A DNA stretch of 64,000 nt, taken from Callorhinchus milii. Its lineage: Eukaryota. Positions within the stretch are counted from its first letter, which is position 1. Each line of letters starts with the position of its first letter. The position numbers and the translations under genes were made by a program. Shown piece by piece: positions 1-14,400 of the stretch. The stretch covers positions 129,396,001-129,460,000 of the forward strand of contig NW_024704742.1 of the NCBI RefSeq assembly GCF_018977255.1, in the 5' to 3' direction. Below the pieces are notes generated by a model that was given only the letters and a program-made list of their open reading frames with translations, made no database searches and was not told the DNA's origin.

Positions 1-1391
1 TCTTGCAATAAGAATTTCATTATCTGAAGATTGGAGAACTCTAGTAAAAAAAAAGTTCTGTTCTCATAATGGGAAAAGAGGGGTGTTGTGCTAGAAGGAA
101 AAAAAACTATTCTCTTTTTTAAAAAACGCATCCTAATTGCCCATTTTAATTGTCTTCTGTGTTCTATAATGTCTTTTAGGGATAGTTTGTGAACAGATAA
201 ATTGCTTCCCTCCCTGTGCAACAAAGTTCTTTCTGCTCTGGGAACAGCAGCCTGCATGTACCACAATGTGAACAGTACTTTAAAAGTCTGAAACAGTAAT
301 GGGATCAATGACAGACCCACTTAAGCGTGCAGTTATTTCTACACGTTTTGGAATTGTGAGGGAATTCAGTAGAATATATTTTGTCTTTAAGGGGTTTTCT
401 TTTTGAATTTTAGATGTTTTACCATTTTCGACTTGAAGACTATTTTCGAGGCTTGGTTATATGTTATCCTGGGTTTTCTTTTCCATTTGTCCTGCCACAC
501 AACTGCATCCTTCTACTCTTTCCAACATTAGTGCCACTGCCTTTCTTTGGTCAGTAAACTTGAGCAGTCTGGCAAAGGATTCCTTCTCCCACTCTCTCTT
601 TCCCCAGGATGCCTGGCTGACCAGAGACTTTACAACTTGTTTATCTCAGATTCCTCATGAGAAACTAGTTATATAGTTGAGAATTCATTGTATTGGTGAG
701 TAGTGTCAGAATCAAGATCAGGGTTTTTGGAATGGTAAAGAAATTACTTGGTAAGCTGCTTCATCCAACTTCCACATATAAACAGGGTACTAGTGTCATC
801 CCATGAGAGAAAAATTTACCCAATGCACTTTGTGTTGTTCACGAGGACATGTCCTTTGCTGTGCGCAAGATACCATTCTTTGCTATTCTTCCTTTTTTAA
901 TCACCAATCTTTATTGATTTCTCAGGTTGTCAAACTCTCTTACAGCCTGTATCTCTTCAGAGTTTTTTTTTCTTGTTTATTATTTTGTTTGCACAGTTGT
1001 GAGGTTTTCAAGGTGTTCTTTCTGCTTCTCTGCTTTGGCAGACTGGCTGTACAAAATACGCATTGCTTGTCACAAGTCTGCCCTGAGAATGACTCCCATG
1101 AAATATCAACACACTGTTACTACAGAATAACAGTTTAATGAAAATTATGAAATGTGCTCCAAAAGGCTGATTAGTTGAGAGGAATTTGGCTTTTTTCACA
1201 ACCAAGCTTTGTGTAATCTACAAATCTAGGATATGCATGCCAACTTTCTTAAAGGGTTTTGTCCTAATAGGATAATAACCTTATTATATCTGTTGTAACT
1301 TCAAATAGTGAGGAAGGCTATACCCACAGTAAGTATATTTCAGACGCTAAATTAGAATTTCTTAGTTTTTGTTCCAGCCGAATGTCTGACA

Positions 1392-1649
1392 CATGCGGAA
1401 ACCCATCACCGTGCTTGAGTATTCAAACCAAACTGAGAATTCCATGCATCCCATCTACATATGGAAATTCCAGAAGTAATTGTTGGAATGGTATGAGGAC
1501 TCTCTCCTGAGAGGGACACATCCTGCTTACCTAATTGCAAATAGTATTAGGCTCAGGTTGACAAGAGCCAAGAATTGGAGACCCCAGAGTATACACTGGG
1601 GTACTGCTGGAGTCTAACCAGCTAAAACCGCAGAGCTTGCCTTTGATAT
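1392..1649. repeat. Unclassified interspersed repeat, copy 1
   Basis: Collinear similarity to 56396-56635. Confidence 0.8.
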
Positions 1650-2272
1650 AGTGTTTTATGAATGCATTTGTGAACAGAAATAACATTGATTAATACAGAA
1701 ACTAACTTATTTTGCCTTTGTATGTATATAGCCAAGTGGTTAGACACAATAGAATCACATTGTGTCTTGGCTCTGAATGTTTGTAATACAAACATATAAT
1801 CCTGAAATACTGACATTAGTAACATTTTTGTTACACACAGTATTAAAAAAATCATAATAAGGTTAGGACAAGACATTTCCTGAGAGAAAAATGATTTGTA
1901 CACCATTTGCAATCTTTTGTGTGATTTGAAATATTTTCCACAGAAATCACTTATGTGCGGTGAACTCAAGTGTTGGATATTACTATAGGCTACAGGACAA
2001 AATGTTTGATGTGTCATCTAATCATCTATCCTTCATACCAGTACTACCCTCTGGAATATGGAGTACAATCAATGTTGAGTCTATTTAGAATATGAGAATG
2101 GGATGAAAATAATACTTAATTGCATATCACCAAAATTGATGTTTTCAGCATCTTATTTTCCACCAAGTGAATAACGTGATTTGAACAAAATAAATGCTGT
2201 TATCTTTCTGGATTTATTTTCACTGGTTAATGATCCCTGTATTATGTTTTGTTTTGTTTCTCTCAAAAACAG

Positions 2273-2428
2273 ATTGTGTTAAGGACAGAAGAATTGTAGA
2301 AACCCAGTTGGGAGACTTTCTTGTTTTTCTGCGGCGGGTTATCTCCTTCAAAAACATTCAGAAGAATATGGTGTCTGTGAAATGGATTGATCCACTGTTA
2401 CTGATAGCAACGCAGACTCACTCAACAG
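2273..2428 (+). CDS. HERC1: HERC1-like exon 1 of window ([22 protein letters not shown]...THSTG)
   Basis: aacag|at...cag|gtgaga; phase 1-1. Confidence 0.9.
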
Positions 2429-5400
2429 GTGAGATGGCTAAAACAAAATCTAATTCAGCAGTTTTTGCTTGGGTCATTGAGAGATCATTTGATCTATACT
2501 GTTTGATTATGGTGGAAATTTCTGGTTTATCAGTTTCATATATGGTACTGTATGCTCATTTGAAAGCGTTTTCCATTATGCTGTAAACCACCAATTCTGA
2601 TAGTTTCAGAAAGCTAGTAAATGCTGATAATTCTGTACAAATGCAAATAGTTTGTTTTACAGATGTGTGGATTGTGGAATAATTTACACTGCATGTGTTT
2701 GCATCAGAAAGTTATGCAGATGGTGTAATTATAATTAGAGCTGTTGAGTTAAAGGGTACACATTACTACCAATAATAAAACAATAATATTCTGTGATTGT
2801 GTTTAAACCTTTATTAACCTCTGAAATATGCATTTGTGATTGCATTTAGTTGTATTATGACTTCAGTTCATTATTACACTTGGCACACAGTTTATCTACA
2901 TATTGTATGTATTGGTGCAAGTTATATTCTGAAAAGTACTATGACTTTCCAATTGGCTTTGTGTCACACCAATAATGAATTGTTACCACAAAAATATTTT
3001 TCCTACAGGTGTTCCAATTGTACACAATTTACGAACCAAGCTTTTGGCGTTACATATTTTGGAATCCTTGTTGCCTGCCTGCACTGAAGAGAACCAGATT
3101 AGGGAGGTAAGAAGTAGTCATTTATACTGTATGCTATGTGCCCTGTATACCATGTGTGATTTACTTTGACTAAACCAGGGGGTTGTAAATTGTAGAGTTC
3201 TAGTAGATGTAAATGAATTTGGATATTGTTGTAAAAGCAAAGCCAATTTTTGGAGAAGTCACTTCAACAGCAAATACTTGCACCAGTGTGTGTTATTGTC
3301 TCACTTTGCACTTTTTGTTACATTTTTGTTACTCCATGGAAGTCAAAAGTTGTGTGCAGAGCTTTTTTGTGGTGAATTCAGCTAATGCAACATGGAAGCT
3401 TCCGAGTATCAGTGCAGTCTATTAATACTAACTGAATGACACTCTTTTATTCTCAAATGAGATTCAGCAGTACCCAGATAGTAACACTCCAAGCATTCAA
3501 TCATCGTGTTTCCCGAAAACAATCTTGATTGTGTGGATCTTGAGGTTCAGCAGCCAGTGAGCAATTAATGTAGCCATGGTACGCAAGATTTAAAGGATAT
3601 CATCATAATAATCTTTAGATTTTTTTATAGCACTTTTCACATGGGGAGGACAGCCAAAGCGCTTCATAGGATTTACTGTAAAGTGTAGTGACGGTGTGTG
3701 TTATGGGCAAATGCAGTAACCAGTTTGCGCACAGCAATCGCCCACAAACAACAACAACAAGATTGCATTTATAGAGCGCCTTTCACGTCGGGAGGACGTC
3801 CCAAGGCGCTGGACAGTTGGGTCGGGACCCAAGCAGGGGGGAAATGGTCAGGGTGAGGGGACGGAAGGGAGGGAGCGAGAAGGGGGTAGAGAGTCAAGAG
3901 GGGAGCTGAAGGCACAGTTGAAGAGAAAGGCCTTGAGACCGGCCTTGAAGGAGGAAAGGGAGGAAGCAAGGCAAAGGCACTGGGGGATGGATTTCCAGAG
4001 TCTTGGGGCTGAGAGGCTGAAAGCCCGGCCACCGATGGTAGGACGGTTGGGGCAGGGGATGTGGAGCAGACCGGAGCCAGAGGAACGGATGGTACAGGCA
4101 GGTAAGTAGGGGATAGTAGGTCGGAGAGGTAGGAGGGTGCAAGGCCGTGAATGGCCTTGTAGGTGAGGATGAGGAACTTGAATTCGATCCTCTGGGGGAT
4201 GGGGAGCCAGTGGAGGCGAGCGAGGGTGGGAGTGATGTGGTCGTGAAGTCTGGTGCGGGACAGTGCACGAGCTGCAGAGTTCTGAATGACCTGTAGCTTG
4301 TGGAGGGAGGTGCCGGGAAGGCCGGCGAGGAGAGAGTTCCCGTAGTCCAGCCTTGAGGTGATAAAGGCATGGACCAGAGTTTCAGCAGCGTGAGGGGTGA
4401 GGTAGTGCCATAGTCTGGCGCTGTTTCGGAGGTAGTGGAAGGCAGTGCCAGTTGTGACGCGGATGTGGGGAAGAAAGGCAGCTCAGGGTCGAACATAATA
4501 CCGCAATGAAGTGAATGAATCACCAAATTTTGGGGAGGGATTGATTGCCTGATACCAGGAGACACTCCTCCCTTCTTTTTCGAATAGTAAAGTAGGGTCT
4601 TTAACAGGCAGGCGGGATCTCAGTTTAACATCTCATCGGAAGGATGGCATCTCCAACAATGCAGTCACCCCTGCACTGCATGGGAGTGTCAGCTTGGACT
4701 GTGCAAGTTCAAGTCCCAGCTTGGGGCTTGAACCCACAACCTTCTGACTCAGAGGCGAGAGTGCTAACACTGGGACAGGCTGAGAAACTGTTTTGTTTTT
4801 TGTCATTCCATTCAGAGAATAAATAAAATTATACATTCAATCAATGTGTGTTAGGTCAGTGTATTAAGGGATACGGGGCAAGGGCGGGTAATTGGACTTG
4901 TGGTACAGATCAGCCGTGATCTTATAGGTCAGCAAAATTCGTGACTCTCCAGTGCCTTGGGACATTCTCCAGACGTGACGTGAAAGGCTCTATACAAGTA
5001 TAATTTTTGTATTGTAATGGTGAAACAGGCTTGAGGGGCTGAATGGCCTACTGTTTCTACGTACCTATAAATCAGAGAGTTTTCTTCTTGAATAGACATT
5101 CATTCTGTAATTAAAGCAATGCACTTCAGTTCTTCTGTAATGTTGTAGTATGATATTGGTGTTACACTTTCAGTGCAAATATACAATTATGACTAAATAT
5201 TAACCAAGAAAAGCTGACAGTAATTGATTTTATTAATGATATAAATAATTAATGGTGTTAAATATTAAACAGGATTTTTCTTCATGAACTATTCTTGTAT
5301 CTTTTCAGACTTTGAATCGACTCTTTAGTTCACTCTCTGCTTTTATGTGGGAAATGCCACTAGCTATAAGCAAACGGGAACGAGAAAAGGCAAAAACAAA

Positions 5401-8400
5401 TGAGGTATGGCACAGATGTTTTGTCAGAAAAAGCAACTTTATAGACAACTACATGATAATGAGGTTGCCATGTCATTTACATTGAGTTTTAAATTTTCAA
5501 ATGTCTTGTGTGAAACTGAAACACTATCATATGCCTTCAAAATATCCAGGTAAATTGTATTCCCTTGCCTCTGACCTCGATCCTCTCCCCTCCCTGTCTA
5601 TTAGAGAGGGTACTGCAGTCTTTCTCTATTTTGTGCATACAATTAGCATACTGTCCAACACTTTGGGACTGGATAGCCCTAAAATAAAAAGTGCCATATA
5701 AATGCAACATATTGTATTATGGTCATTGCTCATTCATGCTTTCTTTCCTTGCTACAATCCTTCAATCCCTCTGCCTCGCCCCTATCCACTTTTTCAAGTC
5801 CCGCCTGAAAACATTCCTCTCCGACTGTGCTTACGGCCACCTTCCCCCCGCGCCCCCGTCTCGGAGTCAGGCTCCGCCACTGTTAAGCACTCTGAGACAC
5901 CACCCTGCGAGGCGGGCATTATATAAGGGCTTGTTGTTGTATGATAGTAAATAACAATCCTTGCATTTGGGAAAGGATCTGAACAAGTCAAAACATCTCA
6001 AAAAGCTTCACTGCAAAATGAAGAGATTGTGTGTTTGAGGTGATCGTGGAGGCTAATTTGCTAAAGCATTGTCCAACAAACAGCTTCAAAATAAATGACT
6101 TTTTTTCTTTTATCGAGAGGGTTGTTGACAAGAACACCAAGAAGATCCCTTTTCATTTTGAATTGTTGTTCCTCCCAAGTTGTGTTTCACTGGGTATAAT
6201 GTATACTAATCTTAAATGCAGACATGCATGTCCTTAGAATGTGATTTTCAGTTGTAAAGATGTAGTGATTTTAATAATTTCATTGTTTTAGTGACCAGCA
6301 TAGATTAGATCACATTATCCTACATGTACTCCTTCCTTCTCCCTGCTTCGTTATTATAATAATAATCCTTGCATTTGATATAGTGCTTTTCACGTCTTCT
6401 AGCTGTCTCAAAGCACTTCACAGAATATACTGTAAAATGAATTGACTATATATTTGTAGGCGAAACACGGCAGCCAATTTCGCACAGCAGTCATTGCTTG
6501 CTTCGTGTTGTAATCAAACCTCATTGGACATTCTCCTACTCTGATTTCTTCTTAGGTCCTCACATTTTTTTTCCCCCTGCAATCTTTGTGCTTTAAAACC
6601 CCAAGTTTAGTGTCACCTAATCATTCCTCATTATTTAAATTGTTCTCTCTAATGCTCTTCAACCTTGATGGTGCGTTTGATACTATGGACTTTGGCTCTT
6701 CAATAAGTAATAAAAAATATTACACCAGATTGCCCTCATTCACGGTTTATTACAACATTACACTTTGGCTGCTCTGCTCTCAGTATACTGCACATCTTGT
6801 CAGCAAGTTCAAGAAGAAATTGATAACAATACAGCAAAGTAATTAAATCACATGATGGATTTGTATACGTTTTTTAATGAACCTAATGATTTTTTCCACT
6901 TAGGAAAATTTGTGTTTTTTTGAGGATTGATTGCTTTCAAGGATTTCCGCACTAAGGGGGTTAGGTTAATGGATCTATAATTTCATGGCTCATTTACCAG
7001 CAATACTTTTTTTTATTTTGTTGAAGACTGAAGACAAAGAGGACGACAACATTCCCATTAAAGAGTTTTCATTTGATCCCGATAAAATGGTTTGCTGCGC
7101 GATGGAATCCGGAAATGTGTTATCTCATGGAGCAGGAGGAAAAGGGTATGGCTTAGCAACAACAGCAATAACATCTGGATGCTTTCAATGGAAGGTGAGC
7201 ATTGCACTCTAAAATAAAATACCACTCAAATGATAATGTAGTGAGCATTGGGCAAGAGGAATTTGTAGGTCATGAATTGTGTAATGTTAAATTCTGCTCA
7301 TTTGGATTGACATCTGATCCGTCTTATGTTGTAATTGATTCTCAACCATCATTGCAAAAATGGTCACACCTTATGGTGCAGTTCTAGGTGTGAGGTGAAA
7401 GCAATTCCACTTTTAAATTTGAAAATGAGTCCAAATGCACACATTGACATGGCATTGCCAGTATTTATAAAGTGTTCTGAGATGCAGACTGCTCTTCACT
7501 CCTGATATCAGGAGATGGTGTGACAGTTGATGGTACCAGTGAGGATCTGTTGGTTTCAGTATTATTAAGAAACCAGCACACCTCAAACAAAGAGATCAAC
7601 ATCTCCCATCGCAAATCAGCAATTTTTTTGTTGTTTCCTCCTGTATTTCTATGTAGTTTTATGTCAGCCGGGAGAATAAAGGTAATGAAGGTACGTGTGT
7701 TGGAGTGTCACGGTGGCCTATCAGAGATTTTAATCATCGTACAACAACAGACATGTGGCTATACAGAGCTTACAGTGGAAACCTGTACCATGGTGGGGAA
7801 CAAGCCTGTGTTCTACCCAGCTATACACAGGGCGACTGTATAACATGTGTCCTGGATGTGGAAGCCAGAACAATTTCATTTGGAAAGAACGAAGAGGTAA
7901 GAAACTATGTTTGGTTGACTGGTATTCTTTAGAAAGGCAGTAATTCATATGGAAATGCTACTGCTATATGAGCATATTATATGCAAATTTATTCACCTAT
8001 GGAAGTTCATGACTATTATCGATCTAAGCTCACCAGTTTAATTAATCTGTTATATTCACTGATATAATTTAAGTACAGGAACATTAGAATTTGTTTTAAA
8101 GTACTGCCCCAAAGACTGCAATGTGACATCTTTGCCACAAATATGACGATTTAGAAGCCGAGTTACTATGCTCAGTTAAAAGAATAACTTGATGCGGAAA
8201 TGGACAGTGCAATATCAAATGAGCCAAAGAATCCACATCATCCAAACTACGTGTGCTCACTTAGCATTGTTACCCATCATCGACCTGTTCAACTTGGAAA
8301 TTAGTTAGGATCCCAATGTTTAGTTACCAATCCCATTAGTTAGCAATCTTGCTTCTGAATCAGAAATTTGAGGGTTCAAACCCTACATTGGGAAGTGGAA

Positions 8401-11400
8401 CCCGTACAATCTTGGCTCCAATGCAGTAGAGATGTGCCGTATTGTTGGAGATGCTATTCTTCGGGTGAGATGTTAAAATGAGTTCCTGTCTGCTTGTTCA
8501 GGGGGACATTAGAAATCCCATAGCACCATTCAAAAAAAAAAGGGAATTTCTCCCTCTTGTCCAGAACTACAATCACTCAATAAAATTGTTCATTCACTCT
8601 ATGGGTGGGGTCAAGCTGTGTACACATTAGCTGTCGCATTCACCCAGAAAAACACTCAATCACTCCACATTACATTATATGCTATGAAGCACTTTGAGAC
8701 ATCCTCCTGACATGTAAAACACTCAACCAAATATAAGGATTATTATTATTTCATAACTAAAGAGAGGTATTTTCTTTTTAAAAAAGTGAGTCACTATCAC
8801 CATTTTTCTTATTTTCTTAGGAACCCAAGTTAGCATTTGAAGATGTTGATGCCACTGAACTCTATCCTAGTGTGATGTTTTACAGCAGTAATCCTGGAGA
8901 GAAGGTAACCACACTGCTGTATTTCAGTAATCAGATTTGTCTAGATACTTCTGAAACCTCATCCTTCCTTTTTGCCAAGAGCTCAATCATAAATTATTTT
9001 TTGTTTAATTCACATTACTTTTCTGTATTGGAAGGAAGTGTTGCCTGCACTGGGGTTAGGTGTGAATTCCATCTGCCATTGTAAGTAGGCTGAAAATTGT
9101 GTCCACAAAAGCCAGTTCTATCCCTCATGGAATTAGTGTGGTAATATAAATGAAGAGAGGACATTTTCCACCTTTTCTTTCTCCCCCCACCCCAACCATT
9201 TATGTTAAATCCAGGGACAGGCAAGTTGACAGGTTATTTCTCAAAGTCTTTTGTTTCAGGTGGCGCTCTGCGACATGCAGATGCGTGGAATTCCTCGAGA
9301 CCTCATGCCTGGTGAACCACTTTGCAGCCCTCTTATAACTGTACTGGTAGAAGCCACCATCCAGCTGATCCGAAAACTCCACAGTTACGACAGCTGGACA
9401 TCCACCATTAACCAGCATATGCTCAGCAGGCTTGAACTTATTGGTCCAGCGGTGAAGGAGGCAAAAGCTTTTAAGCTGAGCAAAAGCCGAAGTAAACATT
9501 CCTTGAAGAAAATCAGCTCTGAAGATAAAGAAAGGGTTCAGGAAGAAAAGCTCACTAGGGAAGAAGATAAGGGCCAAGGCATCACAGATTTGGCTGAAAT
9601 GCAACTGAGAATGTTGTGCATGGAAGTGTGGCCTGTTCTGGCAGTTATCGGTGGAATTGACAGTGGACTACGAGTTGGTGGTCAGTGTTTGCATAAAACT
9701 TCAGGACGCAAAGCAACCCTTCTAGGAGTTACAAAAGAAGGAAGCGCATCTGCCCGACTACAATGGGAGGATGCAGATGTAACCATCAGGTACAATGCTA
9801 TGTACAATTTAGAAACGGATCTGGTTGCGGTATTACAAAATATTGTTTGAATCTCACTTAAATGCTAGGTTTTTTTCGGTACTTACCAAGATAAGGTATG
9901 TGGTTCGTAGGGAAGAGAACATTCGTCCATTTTATGTGCTGTTGGACATGGAATAAATGTCTTAATCTTTTCCCCTTGCTACAGGTATAGTCAGTCTTGT
10001 ATCTCCTAAGACCTCCCTCTGCTGCACTAATGAGGATTATTAGTGTTGTTATTGCTGTTGTTGTATTGTGCTTTCTGCGTCAGCTATCTTTATGCTCTTG
10101 CTCTTTCTGAGAAGGATTGCCAATTTCTGCTAAGACATGTACAGTTTTGTGCTGGGGGCACGAGTCACTGAGTTAGCTTTGTCCAAACTCATTTCAGTTA
10201 CAACAACAGCAACAACAAAATTACATTTGTAAAGCACCATTCACGTCGGGAGGACATCCCAAGGCACTGGACAGATAGAGTTACGGACCTGAGCTGGGGG
10301 TCAGGGTGGGGGAGGGCAGTGGGGGATGCAGGGAGATCGAAAGCGCAGTCGAAGAGGGGGGTCTTGAGTTAGTTAGAAACCTTACAGCCAGCAGAGAGCA
10401 GATACTTCATCCAGTCAGCCTGGGCTAGGTTTGAATTGCTGCCCCGGAGCTACTTGTGGGTGTGCATTGTATCTCGTACTTTATAGTTTTATTTTTAAAT
10501 TGCTGACATCCAGAAGCTGAGTAGCATGCCCAGTTGTATTCATAGAAATCTTAATTTTCATTTAACAATATTTAGCTTTTCATGGGAAGGTTGAAAATTT
10601 ACTTGGTTTGCAGATTATCAGAGAGAGAGAGAGAGCCAGAGAGATCCTCTAATGCTACTCAAATAACCACGAGTGATTTAATAAGGAGCGCAGTTCAAGC
10701 ATAATCCCAGGCTTTACGTAGATGTGTTCTCGGTTGGGCCATTCCACTATAATTGCTAGGGAAAATGTTGTTGTAGTATTGCACCTTTCACAAAATTTTT
10801 GAAGAATTACTACTACAGCAGAGCGATTGGTCTCAATATTTATGTGGCAAATATTTAAAGCTTACTTTTTTCCATTGTTTGACATTATTGTACTTTCGTT
10901 GTGCGATTTTTATTTAGAATTATCAGGACCATCCTTTCTATTTCATTTTGTCGTACACCTGTTTCTACCCCCAACCCCCCACACACACACATTTTATTTA
11001 GTTCTTTTTAAATATATTTTTCTATCTGGTTTCTTTTCAGTGCTTTTCTGTTTTTACTTCACTCCCTTTTTCACATCTTTCATTTTTTTTCTTTCTTTCC
11101 TGCTTTCATTCTCCATTCATCATTGTGCTAACAAAGCTTCCTGAATTCTTGGTCTCCCAGTGACACACCCCTCTCCACACTTGAACCATGCAAGTCCCAT
11201 CGATTTGATATCGCCAAATTCCATGGTCTGAAGCCCTACATGTTACTGGACCTGACGTACCTGACAGGAGTCCATGAAGAGCCTGAAAAATGTGGCAAAG
11301 GAGCACAAAGTAAGTGTCCCTCCGAGACAACAGTCAAGAGCGATTTGGAAAAAAGTCTGGACGAAGAAATAGCAAGAGTTATGGCAGAGGATGAGCACAA

Positions 11401-14400
11401 AGACCCATCCACCGCAATGAGCGAAGAATCTTTACACATCTTTCCTAGAGACTCGCAGGATCGTAATCAAGAAAACGAGCCACGAAAAAATCGTGAAAAA
11501 AAAGTGGACCCTGAGTCAAATGAAAGTTACCAGAGCTCACGGGACTGGAATCTACAGAGTCACGAATTGTTCCTGGCTGAGCTGCGTGCAGTGCAGCTGT
11601 CTTACCTGTCTGTTGGGGCCATGAAAACCCTCAGTGTTCTCCTGAGTTACGGCAAATATGCAGACATGCTTTTAGTTCCAAATGTCACCCTAAGCAATTC
11701 TTCTGATTCCGATTGTGCCAAAGCCTCGAGCTCCCAAGATATTGGGGAACTACGGACCGTCCTCCATTTCTTAATGAGGTGCATGGTAAAGTGGGCAGTG
11801 CGTCCGTGCCCAATCAAAAGGGTAGTTTCACTGGCTGATCTGGAGCGCGCACATGTCATGATCTTCAAATGTGCACTGGATTCCTTTGTGAAGGATTATG
11901 TTACCCAGGAGAGTAAAGGTAAGAATTATTTAATCAAAGACTACTACACACTAGAACGTCAGCTTCTGATACAGCACATTTTCTTATGACCGCCTCAAAT
12001 ATAAATCATATTCTCTGTTTTAATGATTGTGAAAATGGGCTTTTATTTTCCTGGAGATTTTGTTAATTGTGCCCACCATTTCTATTTACCTGTCACCCTG
12101 GCTTTGGTAATATTCTTGTCTCTGAGTCCGACGGTTGTGGGATCAAATCCCATGATGGTGTAGGCTGATACTCCAGTGTAGTGCTGGGGGAGCGCTGCAA
12201 TGTCTAAAGTGCATCCTTTGATTAAAACATTAAAATGAAATCCCATCTGCCTTATCAATGGACATTGAGCCCATGATACAGTTTGAAGAGAAGAGTTTCA
12301 CCTGGTGTCCTGGTCAACAATCCCCAGATAAATTTATTTCATGACAATTTGTGGCTCATTGCTGAAAATAAATCAGCTGTTGAGTTTGCCTATAATACAG
12401 CAATTACTTAGCAATTTGCTTACAACAAAATACAATAGAAATTTAAACTTGGATTGCACCTTTCACATTGGGAAGATGTCTCAAAGCACTTAACAGTGCT
12501 GGATCGGTACCCGATGTAGGGGTGGGAGCCGAGACTGGTGGAGAAAATTACCTAAGGCAGAAAGGTTGAGAGCCTGCCTGTCAATGGTAGTGTGAGGGAC
12601 ATGAAGCGGGCGGGCAACATCAACAACAACAAGATTCCATTTATAAAGCGCCTTTCACGTCAGGAGGACATCCCAAGGCGCTGCACAGTTGGGTCAGGAC
12701 CCGAGCAGGGGGGAAATGGTCAGGGTGAGGGGAGGGAAGGGAGGGAGCGAGGAAGGGGGAAATGGTCAGGGTGAGGGAGGGAAGGGAGGGAGCGAGGAGG
12801 GGAAGAGAGTCGAGAGGGGAGCTGAAGGCACGGTCAAAGAGAAAGGTTTTGAGACCTGCCTTGAAGGAGGAGAGGGAGGAAGCAAGGCGAAGGCACTGGG
12901 GATGGAGTTCCAGAGCCTGGGGGCTGAGAGGCTGAAGGCCCGACCACCAATTGTAGGGCAGTTGGGGCGGGGGACGTGGAGCAGACCGGAGCCGGAGGAA
13001 CGGAGGGTACGGGCAAGTAGGTAGGGGGATAGTAGGTCAGAGAGGTAGGAGGGAGCAAGGCCGTGAATGGCCTTGTAGGTGAGGATGAGGATCTTGAAAT
13101 CGATCCTCTGGGGGATGGGGAGCCAGTGGAGGCGAGCGAGGGTGGGAGTGATGTGGTCCCGAAGCCCAGTGCGGGACAGTACACGAGCTGCAGAGTTCTG
13201 AATGACCTGCAGCTTGTGGAGGGAGGTGGCGGGAAGGCCGGCGAGGAGAGAGTTCCCATAGTCCAGCCTTGAGGTGACAAAGGCGTGGACCAGGGTTTCA
13301 GCAGCGTGAGGGGTGAGGTAGTGCCGTAGTCTGGCGATGTTCTGGAGGTGATGGAAGGCGGTGCCAGTTGTGGTGCGGATGTGAGGGAGAAAGGACAGCT
13401 CAGGGTCGAACAAAACGCCGAGGTTCCTGACTGGCTTTGAGAGGTGGAGAGTGCAGCCTTGGATGCTGATGGTGTCGGCACTTACTGAGCAAAGGGAGTA
13501 GCCACATCAGTAGGGTTTGAGGAGGTCGCAGAGATAGCTGGGGCAAGACTGTGGAGGGATAAACACTTAGAGACGCTGCAACAAATGCAAGGATTTTCCT
13601 TGTGAATGTCCTTCCACGTAAGCAGGTTGACTGGTAGAATAGTGAGCCAATTGCTCTTGTCATTGATCCTCCAACTAAGTGACTGAGAAGTGGAGTCAGA
13701 CGAGAGGATGGTGAAAAGTGCAGCTTAGGATGCCTACATTTAAATTGGATGCTTGCTTCTCTAACTCACAAAGTAACCGATCAATTATTGTTGGGATGTA
13801 TACAGTGTAATTCAATTCCTAGTTTTTGAATTAAGTTGTCAGTTTCTTTCAATTAACAAAATACAACCAAAGAATTGCCGAACAATACTTTCATTCATAT
13901 TCTTGAAACAGCGTGTAAACAAAAGTAAATCAGAAATACTAAGCATTTAGCAGAATGCTTACTTTCATTTCACTGAACATTGGCAAAATTAATTAAATAG
14001 CTTGAGTTTTAAAAAACAATGGAAAGATTGGAGTAGTTGAGTGCATCTTGACCAATTATGAACATTGGACAGACTGTTGATAATGAAGTTTTATTGGGTA
14101 TGGGTCTGTCATTTAAAATCTTATTGATTATTTAAAATTAAATATGATAAACTGCATAAATCATTTGCTTAAAAGTAATTCTTACTGTCAGATATTTAAT
14201 TTTATTTCTCATTCTTTTTTCTAGATGCTGCAGTAACAGACAACGTGAAACCTCAGTCACAAGCAGTGTCAAACTCATCGAGTACGGTTTCTCTCTATAG
14301 TAACTCCTCTGAGGAAAGTACTGGCATCCCCTTCTCAATGCCGGCTTCAAACTCTTCTTCAGCTACTAATTTGGGTTCTTTAGTCTCTGCTAATGGACTG

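Noticed and set aside
1..2272. Short ORFs (461, 803, 927, 1622) as possible upstream exons or genes
   Set aside because: No HERC1-like or other recognisable peptide; low-complexity AT-rich translations; treated as intron.
12700..12800. CRISPR-like or satellite array
   Set aside because: Only a two-unit duplication in an L2 3'UTR, with no spacers or cas genes, in a eukaryotic intron.
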